Assembly: GCF_017876815.1 (NCBI RefSeq)
Contig: NZ_JAGIOS010000002.1
Location: forward strand, 240,001 to 272,000
Reading direction: 5' to 3'
DNA: 32,000 bases
Source of the DNA: Sinorhizobium meliloti
Lineage (GTDB): Bacteria; Pseudomonadota; Alphaproteobacteria; Rhizobiales; Rhizobiaceae
Below are positions 1-7,566 of the stretch, one piece after another (the first letter of the stretch is position 1; each line of letters starts with the position of its first letter). The translations under genes were made by a program, and so were the position numbers. Under the pieces are notes generated by a model that did not search any database, had not been told where the DNA came from, and worked only from the letters and a program-made list of their open reading frames with translations.

Positions 1-11
1 TCTCAGAACTG

Positions 12-821
12 TTGGCGGATCTGACGCCACCCGCCACATCCGCCTGGTGGACCCAGCACCGCGGCGATACACCCGTCGTCGCGACCGCCATTCACGACGG
101 CCATGCCACTCGCGCCGCGGTGCGGCGCATGTTCGCGATTTCCGAAGAAGAACGCCTGCGGGAGGAGGACCCCTTCACCGAGTTCCTGATCCGCGACTTC
201 GCCAACCGGATCATCGTCCATCGCTCGCGGTTCGAAGTCGACGTCAACCGTCCCCGCGGCGGCGCAGTCTACCTGCGGCCGGAACAGGCCTGGGGTCTCC
301 AAGTATGGGCGGAAGAACCGCCGCAGGCCGTCGTCGATGCATCCCTTTCCGTGCACGACGAGTATTATGAGATGCTGGCATCGTTCCTTGCCGGTATCGA
401 ACGCTGCCACGGATGCTTCGTCGTCCTCGACGTTCACAGCTACAATCATCGCCGTGCCGGGCCTGAAGCGGAGCCGACGCTTTCGACCGACGCGCCGGAC
501 ATCAACATCGGCACCATCTCGATGGAACGCAGAAAATGGGCGCATGTGGTCGACAGCTTCATGGCGGCGCTTCGCTCCTTCGATTTTCCAGGCGGACCAC
601 TGGACGTGCGCGAAAACATCGCCTTCCAGGGGCGGGGCGAGCAGACGCGCTTCATCCATGAGCATTTCCCCGACACGGGCTGCGCCATTGCCGTCGAATT
701 CAAGAAAGTCTTCATGGAGGAATGGACGGGCGAGCCGCGCCCCGAGGTGCTCGTAGCGCTCAGAAGATTGCTCGCCTCGACCCTGCCGGCACTTATCGAC
801 GCTTTGGGGCGAGGTCGATGA
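12..821 (+). CDS. N-formylglutamate amidohydrolase (FGase/HutG-like) family amidohydrolase. The 5' end is uncertain: the listed start is TTG and the frame stays open to base 3, so the gene may begin upstream of the window.
   Basis: 269-aa ORF with FGase-type motifs as I recall them: AIHDGH near the N-terminus and VLDVHSY mid-protein. Its stop overlaps the next start (ATGA at 818-821). The long antisense ORF 3..890 is Arg/Gly-rich with no recognisable motif. Confidence 0.8.
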   Translation: MADLTPPATSAWWTQHRGDTPVVATAIHDGHATRAAVRRMFAISEEERLREEDPFTEFLIRDFANRIIVHRSRFEVDVNRPRGGAVYLRPEQAWGLQVWAEEPPQAVVDASLSVHDEYYEMLASFLAGIERCHGCFVVLDVHSYNHRRAGPEAEPTLSTDAPDINIGTISMERRKWAHVVDSFMAALRSFDFPGGPLDVRENIAFQGRGEQTRFIHEHFPDTGCAIAVEFKKVFMEEWTGEPRPEVLVALRRLLASTLPALIDALGRGR

Positions 822-2704
822 AGCTTGCGCGCGCACCCATCCAACTCGAGGCCGATCCACCCGACTGGCTTGCGGATGCGTTGGCCGCAATCGAGGCAGG
901 CAGAGCTGTCCGCAAGGAGTTCGAAGGCGGCGGACGCCTCCACATTGACCGGGCCCTGCCCTTTCTCTGCGTGCATTTTACCCGCAGCGACGAGGCACCT
1001 GTTGCGCGCGAAGTGGTCCGCGCGAACGCCTCTCACCTGCTCGCACCAGGCGCTGCCACGGCGAAACCTATCGTCGCCGCCGTCGGAAAACTGCTCGAGC
1101 GTCGATTCGGCGCCTTCATGGTGCTCGAAATGGACGAACTCGCCCAGGATGAGCTCCTGACCGACAATGCTCCTTTGCTGCCGCCCTTCAAGGTCGAAGT
1201 GATGGCCGGCGCCGAGGGAAATATCCGAGCCGCAGCAATGGCATTCGTCGACGCCGTCGAAGCGATCCCCGCGAAGTTCCGAACGCCGCGGGTCGAGCTC
1301 CATGAATGGCCGCAGGAATCCACACTAGAGGGAGAGACGCTCGATCTGCCATTCCCTTCAATGCGGGTTCGTTTCGCACCCGTCTACCGGCAGCACAATT
1401 CCGGCCGGATCTTCCCGGAAGTGCGCGAGCGGCTGATCGCGAGCATCTTCGATGCCACCCTGCACGCCTTCGCTGCCTTCGCGCGATCGACGCGCAGCCT
1501 CGAATTCCCGACCCATCGCGCGCTCGGCAGAAAGGCATTCATCGATGCCGTGGAGCGCACCGACCGCAGCATCGACGACGTCGCCTCCAGCTTCGATTTT
1601 CTTCTCGCCGTTACGCCGATAAATGCGGAAGCCGCCTGGAGCGAATTCGCGGCAAGCGATTTCGCGCGCGCGCCGCGTTTCCTCTATCGGCCTTTGATCA
1701 TCGAGATCGAAGCCGCAAAGAAGACGCTGTTCTCGATCCCCTTCGATCACCTCGAAGACCCGGTGCTCTACCAACTCTACCGTGAAAAGCAGCAGGAAGT
1801 CGATCTGCAGCTGACGATGCTCTCCGCCCGTGAAACGAGGAAGTTCATCGAGTTCGGCCGTGCACTGTACGGTCCCGTCGAGCCGAACCTCCTCAGCGCA
1901 GCCGAAGAGATCCTCGCCCGCAGCCAGAAGGTCGCCGCGGACCCGCAAGCACCCGCCGAACGCCGTGCCGACAGCCATTTCGTCGAAATGCGGGCGGGCG
2001 AGATGATCGCCGCATATGCCCAGCGCTACGAGGGCTTCGAAGCGCTCGTGGAGGTGCGGGACGATCTTCCCGCCGGGTTGCTGGTTTCGGGAAGGCGGCT
2101 CCTGATCGCGCGCAGCACGATCATGGAGTCCGATCGCGTCGGTCCGATCCTCAGCCACGAAATCGGCGTTCACCTTCTGACCTACTTCAATGGATCGGCG
2201 CAGGGGCTTCGCCTGTTTCGCTCCGGTCTTGCCGGGTATGAAGGAATGCAGGAGGGCCTTGCGGTATTCGCGGAATATCTTTCGGGGGGAATGACGAGCG
2301 AGCGGCTGCGTCTCCTCGCCGCCCGCGTGCTCGCCTGCGCCGCGATGATCGATGGCGCGTCCTTGCCGGAGGTCTACCACCTGCTCGTCCACGAACACGG
2401 ATTCCAGAGGGCGGACGCCTTCAATGTTGTTCTGCGCGTTTATCGCGGCGGCGGTCTCGTCAAGGACGCGATCTACCTGCGGGGACTTCTGCAGCTGCTC
2501 GATCATCTCGCAGCAGGGGGCGCGCTCGAGCCCTTCTGGATGGGCAAGATAGCCGCCTCCCATTTTGCCGTCATGCAGGAACTGCATGCCCGCGGCCTGC
2601 TCGGCGGCCCTTCGGTTCGACCCATGTTTCTGGATGGTCCGGAAGCGCCGTCGCGGCTTGCCAGGGCGCGCGAGCGGATGGCTCCACTCGATATGCTGCG
2701 GTAA
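818..2704 (+). CDS. DUF1704 / QEGLA-motif putative metallocarboxypeptidase (the family annotated 'flavohemoglobin expression-modulating QEGLA motif protein', MATCAP-like), with a roughly 255-aa N-terminal region I cannot assign
   Basis: The in-frame ATG at 818 gives a 4-nt ATGA overlap with the upstream stop; the ORF-track start at 722 would overlap by 100 nt. HEIGVH (HExxxH) lies at nt 2156-2173 and MQEGLA at nt 2246-2263. The DUF1704-like stretch FDFLLAVTPINAE...FLYRPL starts near nt 1592. Confidence 0.85.
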   Translation: MKLARAPIQLEADPPDWLADALAAIEAGRAVRKEFEGGGRLHIDRALPFLCVHFTRSDEAPVAREVVRANASHLLAPGAATAKPIVAAVGKLLERRFGAFMVLEMDELAQDELLTDNAPLLPPFKVEVMAGAEGNIRAAAMAFVDAVEAIPAKFRTPRVELHEWPQESTLEGETLDLPFPSMRVRFAPVYRQHNSGRIFPEVRERLIASIFDATLHAFAAFARSTRSLEFPTHRALGRKAFIDAVERTDRSIDDVASSFDFLLAVTPINAEAAWSEFAASDFARAPRFLYRPLIIEIEAAKKTLFSIPFDHLEDPVLYQLYREKQQEVDLQLTMLSARETRKFIEFGRALYGPVEPNLLSAAEEILARSQKVAADPQAPAERRADSHFVEMRAGEMIAAYAQRYEGFEALVEVRDDLPAGLLVSGRRLLIARSTIMESDRVGPILSHEIGVHLLTYFNGSAQGLRLFRSGLAGYEGMQEGLAVFAEYLSGGMTSERLRLLAARVLACAAMIDGASLPEVYHLLVHEHGFQRADAFNVVLRVYRGGGLVKDAIYLRGLLQLLDHLAAGGALEPFWMGKIAASHFAVMQELHARGLLGGPSVRPMFLDGPEAPSRLARARERMAPLDMLR

Positions 2705-2718
2705 TAGGAGCGGCCCAC

Positions 2719-3765
2719 ATGCGCATCGCTTTTTTCGTCAACTCCGTCGAAGGCGAAGCCCCCTATTATACGACGACATGGCTGGCGCTCGCGGCGCTCG
2801 CACGCGGTCACGAGGTCTGCTACGTCACGCCGGGGGATTTCGTGCTGCGCCCTGACGACAGTCTGCTGATCCGCGCAACGACCCTGAAAGGTACGAAGCC
2901 GAAGAAGCCGGAGACGCTGCTCACAGCGCTCAAGGGCGAGCAGGCAAAGATCAGCACGCTCGACCTGCATGAGGTACAGGTGCTCTTTCTGCGGAACGAC
3001 CCTTCCGAAGACGCGGACACGCGGCCATGGGCAGTCTATGTCGGCACGAATTTCGGGCGACTCGCCGCCGCACGCGGCGTTCTGGTGGTAAACGACCCGG
3101 ACGGTTTGTCGCTCGCGCAGAACAAGCTCTATTTTCAGGAATTTCCCGAGATCATCCGGCCAACCAGCCTGATCTCGAGAAGCATCGAGGAAATCCGCAG
3201 CTTCATCGAGGATCATCCGGGCGGGGCTATCCTGAAGCCCTTGCAAGGCTCCGGCGGCAAGAACGTCTTCAAGATCAACTCCAAGGACGAGGCCAATCTC
3301 AACCAGATCTTCGAGGTCGCCAGCGGCGGCGGCTACCTGATCGCGCAGAACTACATTCCCGACGCGGTCGCCGGCGATATTCGTCTGTTCCTGTTGAACG
3401 GCAGACCGCTCGAGCGCGACGGCGTCTACGCCGCCTTCCGGCGCGTTCCTGCCGAGGGCGACGTACGCTCGAACATGCATGTGAGCGGCACGCCCGAAGC
3501 CGCGACCGTTACGCCTGAGATCCTAGAGATCGCGGAACGGCTCCGTCCCAAGCTCATCGAAGACGGCATGTTCCTGGTCGGGCTCGATATAGTCGGTGAC
3601 AAGGTGCTGGAAGCCAACGTCTTCACGCCGGGCGGTCTTCCAGAGATTGCAGCGCTCCACGGTGTGGACTTCAGCGAAGACATCATGATCGCGCTGGAAA
3701 ACAAAGTGCGAATCCAGGAGCTCTACCGCGGGGCCATTCCGAACCGCACATTGGCGGTCCTTTGA
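2719..3765 (+). CDS. Glutathione-synthetase-like (GshB/RimK-type) ATP-grasp ligase
   Basis: 348 aa. Preceded by AGGAG in the 14-nt gap after the previous stop. Colinear by eye with recalled E. coli GshB: ILKPLQGSGGKNVF vs ILKPLDGMGGASIF, AQNYIPDAVAGDIRLFLLNG vs AQNYLPAIKDGDKRVLVVDG, FLVGLDIVGDKVLEANVFTP vs FVGLDIIGDRLTEINVTSP. Confidence 0.85.
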   Translation: MRIAFFVNSVEGEAPYYTTTWLALAALARGHEVCYVTPGDFVLRPDDSLLIRATTLKGTKPKKPETLLTALKGEQAKISTLDLHEVQVLFLRNDPSEDADTRPWAVYVGTNFGRLAAARGVLVVNDPDGLSLAQNKLYFQEFPEIIRPTSLISRSIEEIRSFIEDHPGGAILKPLQGSGGKNVFKINSKDEANLNQIFEVASGGGYLIAQNYIPDAVAGDIRLFLLNGRPLERDGVYAAFRRVPAEGDVRSNMHVSGTPEAATVTPEILEIAERLRPKLIEDGMFLVGLDIVGDKVLEANVFTPGGLPEIAALHGVDFSEDIMIALENKVRIQELYRGAIPNRTLAVL

Positions 3766-3835
3766 GGAGGTGCCTTCGGGATCTCGCGCACCGCACGATC
3801 TGTGGGCTAGTCTAATCCACCGGCCCGTCACGCCG

Positions 3836-3921
3836 TCAACAAAAGTGAGTTTACAAAAGTAATATAGTATGATTTTTTCTCGTCAGCTGCATGGAAGAGC
3901 AGCTTTCTTTGGGAGGAAATC
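3836..3921 (+). promoter_or_regulatory. AT-rich promoter/operator region upstream of the ytfQ-like operon, with a direct 8-mer repeat ACAAAAGT (3839-3846 and 3853-3860)
   Basis: A visibly AT-rich island in a GC-rich window. It holds two identical 8-mers 14 bp apart and a -10-like TAATAT at 3860-3865. The SD GGGAGG lies just before the ATG at 3922. Promoter hexamers are guesses only. Confidence 0.35.
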
Positions 3922-4884
3922 ATGAAAATCGTGAAGGCACTTGCGAGTGCAACGATCCTTGCTGCCTGCACTTTCGGCAGCGCTTCGGCCGCCGAACTCG
4001 TCGTCGGCTTTTCTCAGATCGGATCGGAGTCCGGCTGGCGTGCAGCTGAAACGACGCTGACGAAGCAGCAGGCGGAAGAGCGCGGCATCGACCTAAAATT
4101 CGCCGACGCGCAGCAGAAGCAGGAAAACCAGATCAAGGCGATCCGCTCTTTCATCGCGCAGGGGGTGAATGCCATCCTTCTCGCTCCGGTCGTCGCGACC
4201 GGCTGGGATGAAGTTCTCGAGGAGGCCAAGGACGCGGAGATCCCGGTCATCCTGCTCGATCGCACCGTCGACGCCTCCGACGATCTCTATCTGACGGCGG
4301 TCACCTCCGATCTCGTCCACGAAGGCAGCGTGGCCGGCAAATGGCTTGTCGATACCGTTGCGGGCAAGCCGTGCAACGTCGTCGAACTTCAGGGCACCAC
4401 CGGCTCCTCGCCGGCGATCGACCGCAAGAAGGGATTCGAGCAGGCGCTCTCCGGCAACGACAATCTGAAGATCGTCCGCAGCCAGACCGGCGACTTCACC
4501 CGGACGAAGGGCAAGGAAGTGATGGAAAGCTTCCTGAAAGCCGAGGACGGCGGCAAGAACATCTGTGCGCTCTACGCTCATAACGACGACATGGCGGTGG
4601 GCGCGATTCAGGCGATCAAGGAAGCCGGTCTGAAGCCGGGCAAGGACATCCTCGTCGTCTCGATCGACGCTGTTCCGGATATCTTCCAGGCGATGGCTGC
4701 CGGCGAAGCCAATGCGACGGTCGAGCTCACGCCGAACATGGCGGGCCCCGCCTTCGATGCGCTTGCTGCCTTCCTGAAGGACGGCAAAGAGCCGCCGAAA
4801 TGGATCCAGACGGAATCGAAGCTCTACACGCAGGCCGACGACCCGATGAAGGTCTACGAAGAAAAGAAGGGCCTTGGCTACTGA
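3922..4884 (+). CDS. ytfQ: Galactofuranose-type ABC transporter periplasmic binding protein (YtfQ homolog)
   Basis: 320 aa with a signal peptide (…ACTFGSASA|AE). Long identical blocks to recalled E. coli YtfQ: VGFSQ(I/V)GSESGWRAAET, QQKQENQIKA(I/V)RSF, GKPCNVVELQGT, GDFTR(T/S)KGKEVMESF, GEANA(T/S)VELTPNMAGPAFDAL. Confidence 0.93.
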   Translation: MKIVKALASATILAACTFGSASAAELVVGFSQIGSESGWRAAETTLTKQQAEERGIDLKFADAQQKQENQIKAIRSFIAQGVNAILLAPVVATGWDEVLEEAKDAEIPVILLDRTVDASDDLYLTAVTSDLVHEGSVAGKWLVDTVAGKPCNVVELQGTTGSSPAIDRKKGFEQALSGNDNLKIVRSQTGDFTRTKGKEVMESFLKAEDGGKNICALYAHNDDMAVGAIQAIKEAGLKPGKDILVVSIDAVPDIFQAMAAGEANATVELTPNMAGPAFDALAAFLKDGKEPPKWIQTESKLYTQADDPMKVYEEKKGLGY

Positions 4885-4897
4885 TCCCGCTCAGCGC

Positions 4898-4931
4898 TCG
4901 GCCCGAAGATCGGCACCGATTTTCGGGCCGA
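4898..4931 (+). other. Long intercistronic stem-loop (about 13-15 bp stem, one G-U pair, 4-nt loop) just after the ytfQ stop
   Basis: tcGGCCCGAAGATCG gcac CGATTTTCGGGCCga. Arms paired by hand: 4900-4912 with 4917-4929, extendable to 4898/4931. No downstream U-tract. Confidence 0.55.
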
Positions 4932-4948
4932 TGCGCAGTGCGCCAGAA

Positions 4949-4968
4949 CCCGCGGCAGCCGCCGCGGG
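4949..4968 (+). other. Second intercistronic GC stem-loop (8-bp stem, 4-nt loop)
   Basis: CCCGCGGC agcc GCCGCGGG. A third weaker hairpin (CGCCCG…CGGGCG) follows near 4987-5008. Confidence 0.5.
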
Positions 4969-5026
4969 CCATTCCATCGAACGGACGCCCGCTCGTTCGT
5001 CGGGCGGCAATCCAGAGACGGCAGCC

Positions 5027-6544
5027 ATGCAGACCAGCAGTGACAATATCCTTTCGGCCACAAGGATCGAAAAGGGCTTTCCCGGCACGAAGGCGCTAGA
5101 CAGGGTAGATTTTCACCTGCGGCGCGGCGAGGTTCACGCGCTCCTCGGGGAGAATGGCGCCGGCAAATCGACGCTTATCAAATGCCTGACGGGCGCCTAT
5201 CGCCGGGATGGCGGCAGCATGCTGCTCGACGGAGCCGAGGCCGACCCGCGCGACACGTTCGATGCCCAGAGGCTGGGCATCGGGACCGTTTACCAGGAGG
5301 TCAACCTGCTGCCGAACCTCACCGTTGCCGAGAACCTCTTTCTCGGACGGCAGCCCCGCCGCTTCGGCATGGTGGACACGCGCACCATGAATCGCAAGGC
5401 GCGGGAATTGCTCGCGGAATACGAACTCGATATCGACGTCACCCGTGATCTCGCGAGCTACTCCGTGGCGATTCAGCAGGTCGTGGCCATCGCCCGGGCC
5501 GTGGATCTTTCCGGCAAGGTCCTGATTCTGGACGAGCCGACCGCAAGCCTCGACGCGCACGAGGTGGAGATGCTCTTCCGCATCGTACGCCGCCTCAAGG
5601 AACGCGGGCTCGGCATCATCTTCATCACCCACTTCCTGGAACAGGTCTACGCCATCTCCGATCGCATCACCGTTCTGCGGAACGGGCAGTTGGTCGGCAC
5701 GCGCAACGCGGCCGATCTCGACCGGCGCGAGCTGATCGCAATGATGATCGGTCGGGAACTGGCGACAGAGATCCATTCCGCCCATTCCGACGCGGTCGCG
5801 GGTGAGCCACGCTACAGTTTCCGAAACTTTGGCCGCCGCGGAAAGATCGACCCCTTCGATCTCGATGTCCGCGCCGGCGAGGTCGTCGGCATGGCAGGCC
5901 TGCTCGGCTCAGGGCGGACGGAAACCGCCGAAATCCTCTTCGGCGCCCATCGCGCCGATAGCGGTACGGCCGAGATCGATGGCCGGACCGTCGATCTTTC
6001 CTCGCCGCGTGCCGCAATCCGGCAGAAGTTCGGCTTCTGCCCCGAGGACCGCAAGACCGCCGGCATCGTCGGCGACCTGTCCGTGCGCGAGAATATCGTG
6101 CTCGCCCTTCAGGCAAGGCGCGGCTGGACCCGCCCGATTCCGCGCGCGGAGCAGAACCGGCTCGCGGACCACTACATCCGGGCACTCGATATCCGCACGG
6201 CGGATCGCGAGAAACCGATCAGGCTGCTTTCCGGCGGCAATCAGCAAAAGGCCATCCTGGCGCGCTGGCTCGCGACCGAACCGGAACTGCTCATCCTCGA
6301 CGAGCCGACGCGCGGCATCGACGTCGGGGCGCATGCGGAAATCATCAGGCTCATCGAGAGCCTGCGCGAGAAGGGCATGTCGCTCATCGTCATCTCCTCG
6401 GAAATAGAAGAACTCGCCGCCTACAGCACGCGGGTCGTCGTCCTTCGCGACCACGCCCACGTTGCCGAACTCGATGGCGCTCAATTGACTGCCCATCGGA
6501 TCGTCGAAGCGATCGCTGCGACCAACGGGAGGGAAGCGTCTTGA
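5027..6544 (+). CDS. ytfR: Duplicated-cassette sugar ABC transporter ATP-binding protein (YtfR homolog)
   Basis: ATG at 5027 (MQTSSDNILSATRIEKGF…) gives 505 aa, the usual CUT2 ATPase size. Walker A is GENGAGKST. Signature/Walker B are LSGGNQQKAILARW…LILDEPTRGID in the second cassette and ILDEPTASLD in the first. The ORF-track start at 4874 only adds an Ala/Pro/Arg-rich extension across the hairpin region. Confidence 0.9.
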   Translation: MQTSSDNILSATRIEKGFPGTKALDRVDFHLRRGEVHALLGENGAGKSTLIKCLTGAYRRDGGSMLLDGAEADPRDTFDAQRLGIGTVYQEVNLLPNLTVAENLFLGRQPRRFGMVDTRTMNRKARELLAEYELDIDVTRDLASYSVAIQQVVAIARAVDLSGKVLILDEPTASLDAHEVEMLFRIVRRLKERGLGIIFITHFLEQVYAISDRITVLRNGQLVGTRNAADLDRRELIAMMIGRELATEIHSAHSDAVAGEPRYSFRNFGRRGKIDPFDLDVRAGEVVGMAGLLGSGRTETAEILFGAHRADSGTAEIDGRTVDLSSPRAAIRQKFGFCPEDRKTAGIVGDLSVRENIVLALQARRGWTRPIPRAEQNRLADHYIRALDIRTADREKPIRLLSGGNQQKAILARWLATEPELLILDEPTRGIDVGAHAEIIRLIESLREKGMSLIVISSEIEELAAYSTRVVVLRDHAHVAELDGAQLTAHRIVEAIAATNGREAS

Positions 6545-7566
6545 TTCCGATCATGCGGACCTATGCCGGCCGCCTGCTGCCGCAGCTCATCGCATTAGCG
6601 GCAATTGTCATAGCGATTTCAATCGTCTTTCCCGGTTTTCTAAACCTGCAGATCCAGAATGGTCGTCTGTATGGAAGTATGATCGACATCCTCAACCGCG
6701 GCGCGCCCGTCGTTCTTCTGGCGATCGGAATGACCGTCGTCATCGCTACCAAGGGGATCGATCTTTCGGTCGGCGCGGTTATGGCGATCTGCGGCGCAGT
6801 TGCCGCCTCGCTGATCACGTCGGGGCATTCGCTTGCCGAGACCCTCCTCGCCACGCTCGCGGTCGGCATTATCTGCGGCATCTGGAACGGGGTTCTGGTC
6901 GCCGTCCTCGACATCCAACCGATCATCGCGACTCTCGTGCTGATGGTGGCGGGGCGCGGCATAGCCCAGCTCATCACCGAGGGAACCATTCTAACTTTCA
7001 ATGATCCCGGCCTGATCTTCATCGGCAGCGGTTCCTTTGCCGGCCTGCCCATGCCGATCGTGATCTGGCTGGTTTTCGGCCTGCTCGTCGCCCTTCTCGT
7101 TCGGCGGACGGCGCTCGGCATGCTGATCGAGGCGATCGGCATCAACCGGCAGGCAAGCACGCTCTCGGGCGTGCTCACCCCCGTCCTGCTCGTGGCCGCT
7201 TACGTGCTCTCGGGTCTCTGCGCCGCGATTGCCGGCATCATCGCCGCCGCCGACATCCGGGGCGCCGATGCCAACAATGCTGGTCTCTGGCTGGAACTCG
7301 ACGCCATTCTGGCGGTGGTCGTCGGCGGCACATCCCTGCTCGGCGGCCGCTTCAGCATTGCGGCGTCGGTGCTGGGCGCCGTCATCATCCAGGCGATCAA
7401 TACCGGCATTCTCCTGTCCGGCTTCCCGCCCGAGTTCAACCTCATCATCAAAGCGGCGATCATCATCTTCATCCTGGTGCTCCAGTCACCGCGCTTCCGC
7501 ACGGGGGTCTCGTTTCTGAGTATCCCGAAGGCAGCCGGCAAGCCGACCGAGCGAGAAGCGAAATGA
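6541..7566 (+). CDS. ytfT: Sugar ABC transporter permease (YtfT homolog)
   Basis: Multi-TM ORF. Blocks match recalled E. coli YtfT: DILNR(G/A)APV(V/A)LLAIGMT(V/L)VIAT(K/G)GIDLSVGAVMAI, ADIRGADANNAGLWLELDAILAVV, NTGILLSGFPPE. TTG at 6541 overlaps the ytfR stop (TTGA) with GGGAGGGAAG upstream. ATG at 6553 is an alternative start. Confidence 0.9.
   Translation: MIPIMRTYAGRLLPQLIALAAIVIAISIVFPGFLNLQIQNGRLYGSMIDILNRGAPVVLLAIGMTVVIATKGIDLSVGAVMAICGAVAASLITSGHSLAETLLATLAVGIICGIWNGVLVAVLDIQPIIATLVLMVAGRGIAQLITEGTILTFNDPGLIFIGSGSFAGLPMPIVIWLVFGLLVALLVRRTALGMLIEAIGINRQASTLSGVLTPVLLVAAYVLSGLCAAIAGIIAAADIRGADANNAGLWLELDAILAVVVGGTSLLGGRFSIAASVLGAVIIQAINTGILLSGFPPEFNLIIKAAIIIFILVLQSPRFRTGVSFLSIPKAAGKPTEREAK

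Noticed and set aside
722-817. Upstream extensions of ORF-track starts. These are 722 for the QEGLA gene, 4874 for ytfR, 8435 for the GntR gene, 10687 for the ATPase at 9428, 18933 for ampC and 27270 for the DUF1772 gene.
   Set aside because: Each extension would overlap the preceding gene or a hairpin-filled spacer and adds Arg/Pro/Ala-rich sequence. Internal ATGs give canonical family N-termini (signal peptides, MTLQIELNG…, MQTSSDN…) and typical ATGA overlaps or SD spacing.
3867-3878. Identical 12-mer GTATGATTTTTT at 3867-3878 (44 bp before ytfQ) and at 25959-25970 (46 bp from the abfA start). I considered it as a shared regulatory motif.
   Set aside because: Both copies lie in short AT-rich islands where such matches are not very improbable. 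Relative to the regulated gene the two copies are in opposite orientation, since abfA is on the minus strand. It is worth a genome-wide motif count but is not supportable as a site from this window alone.
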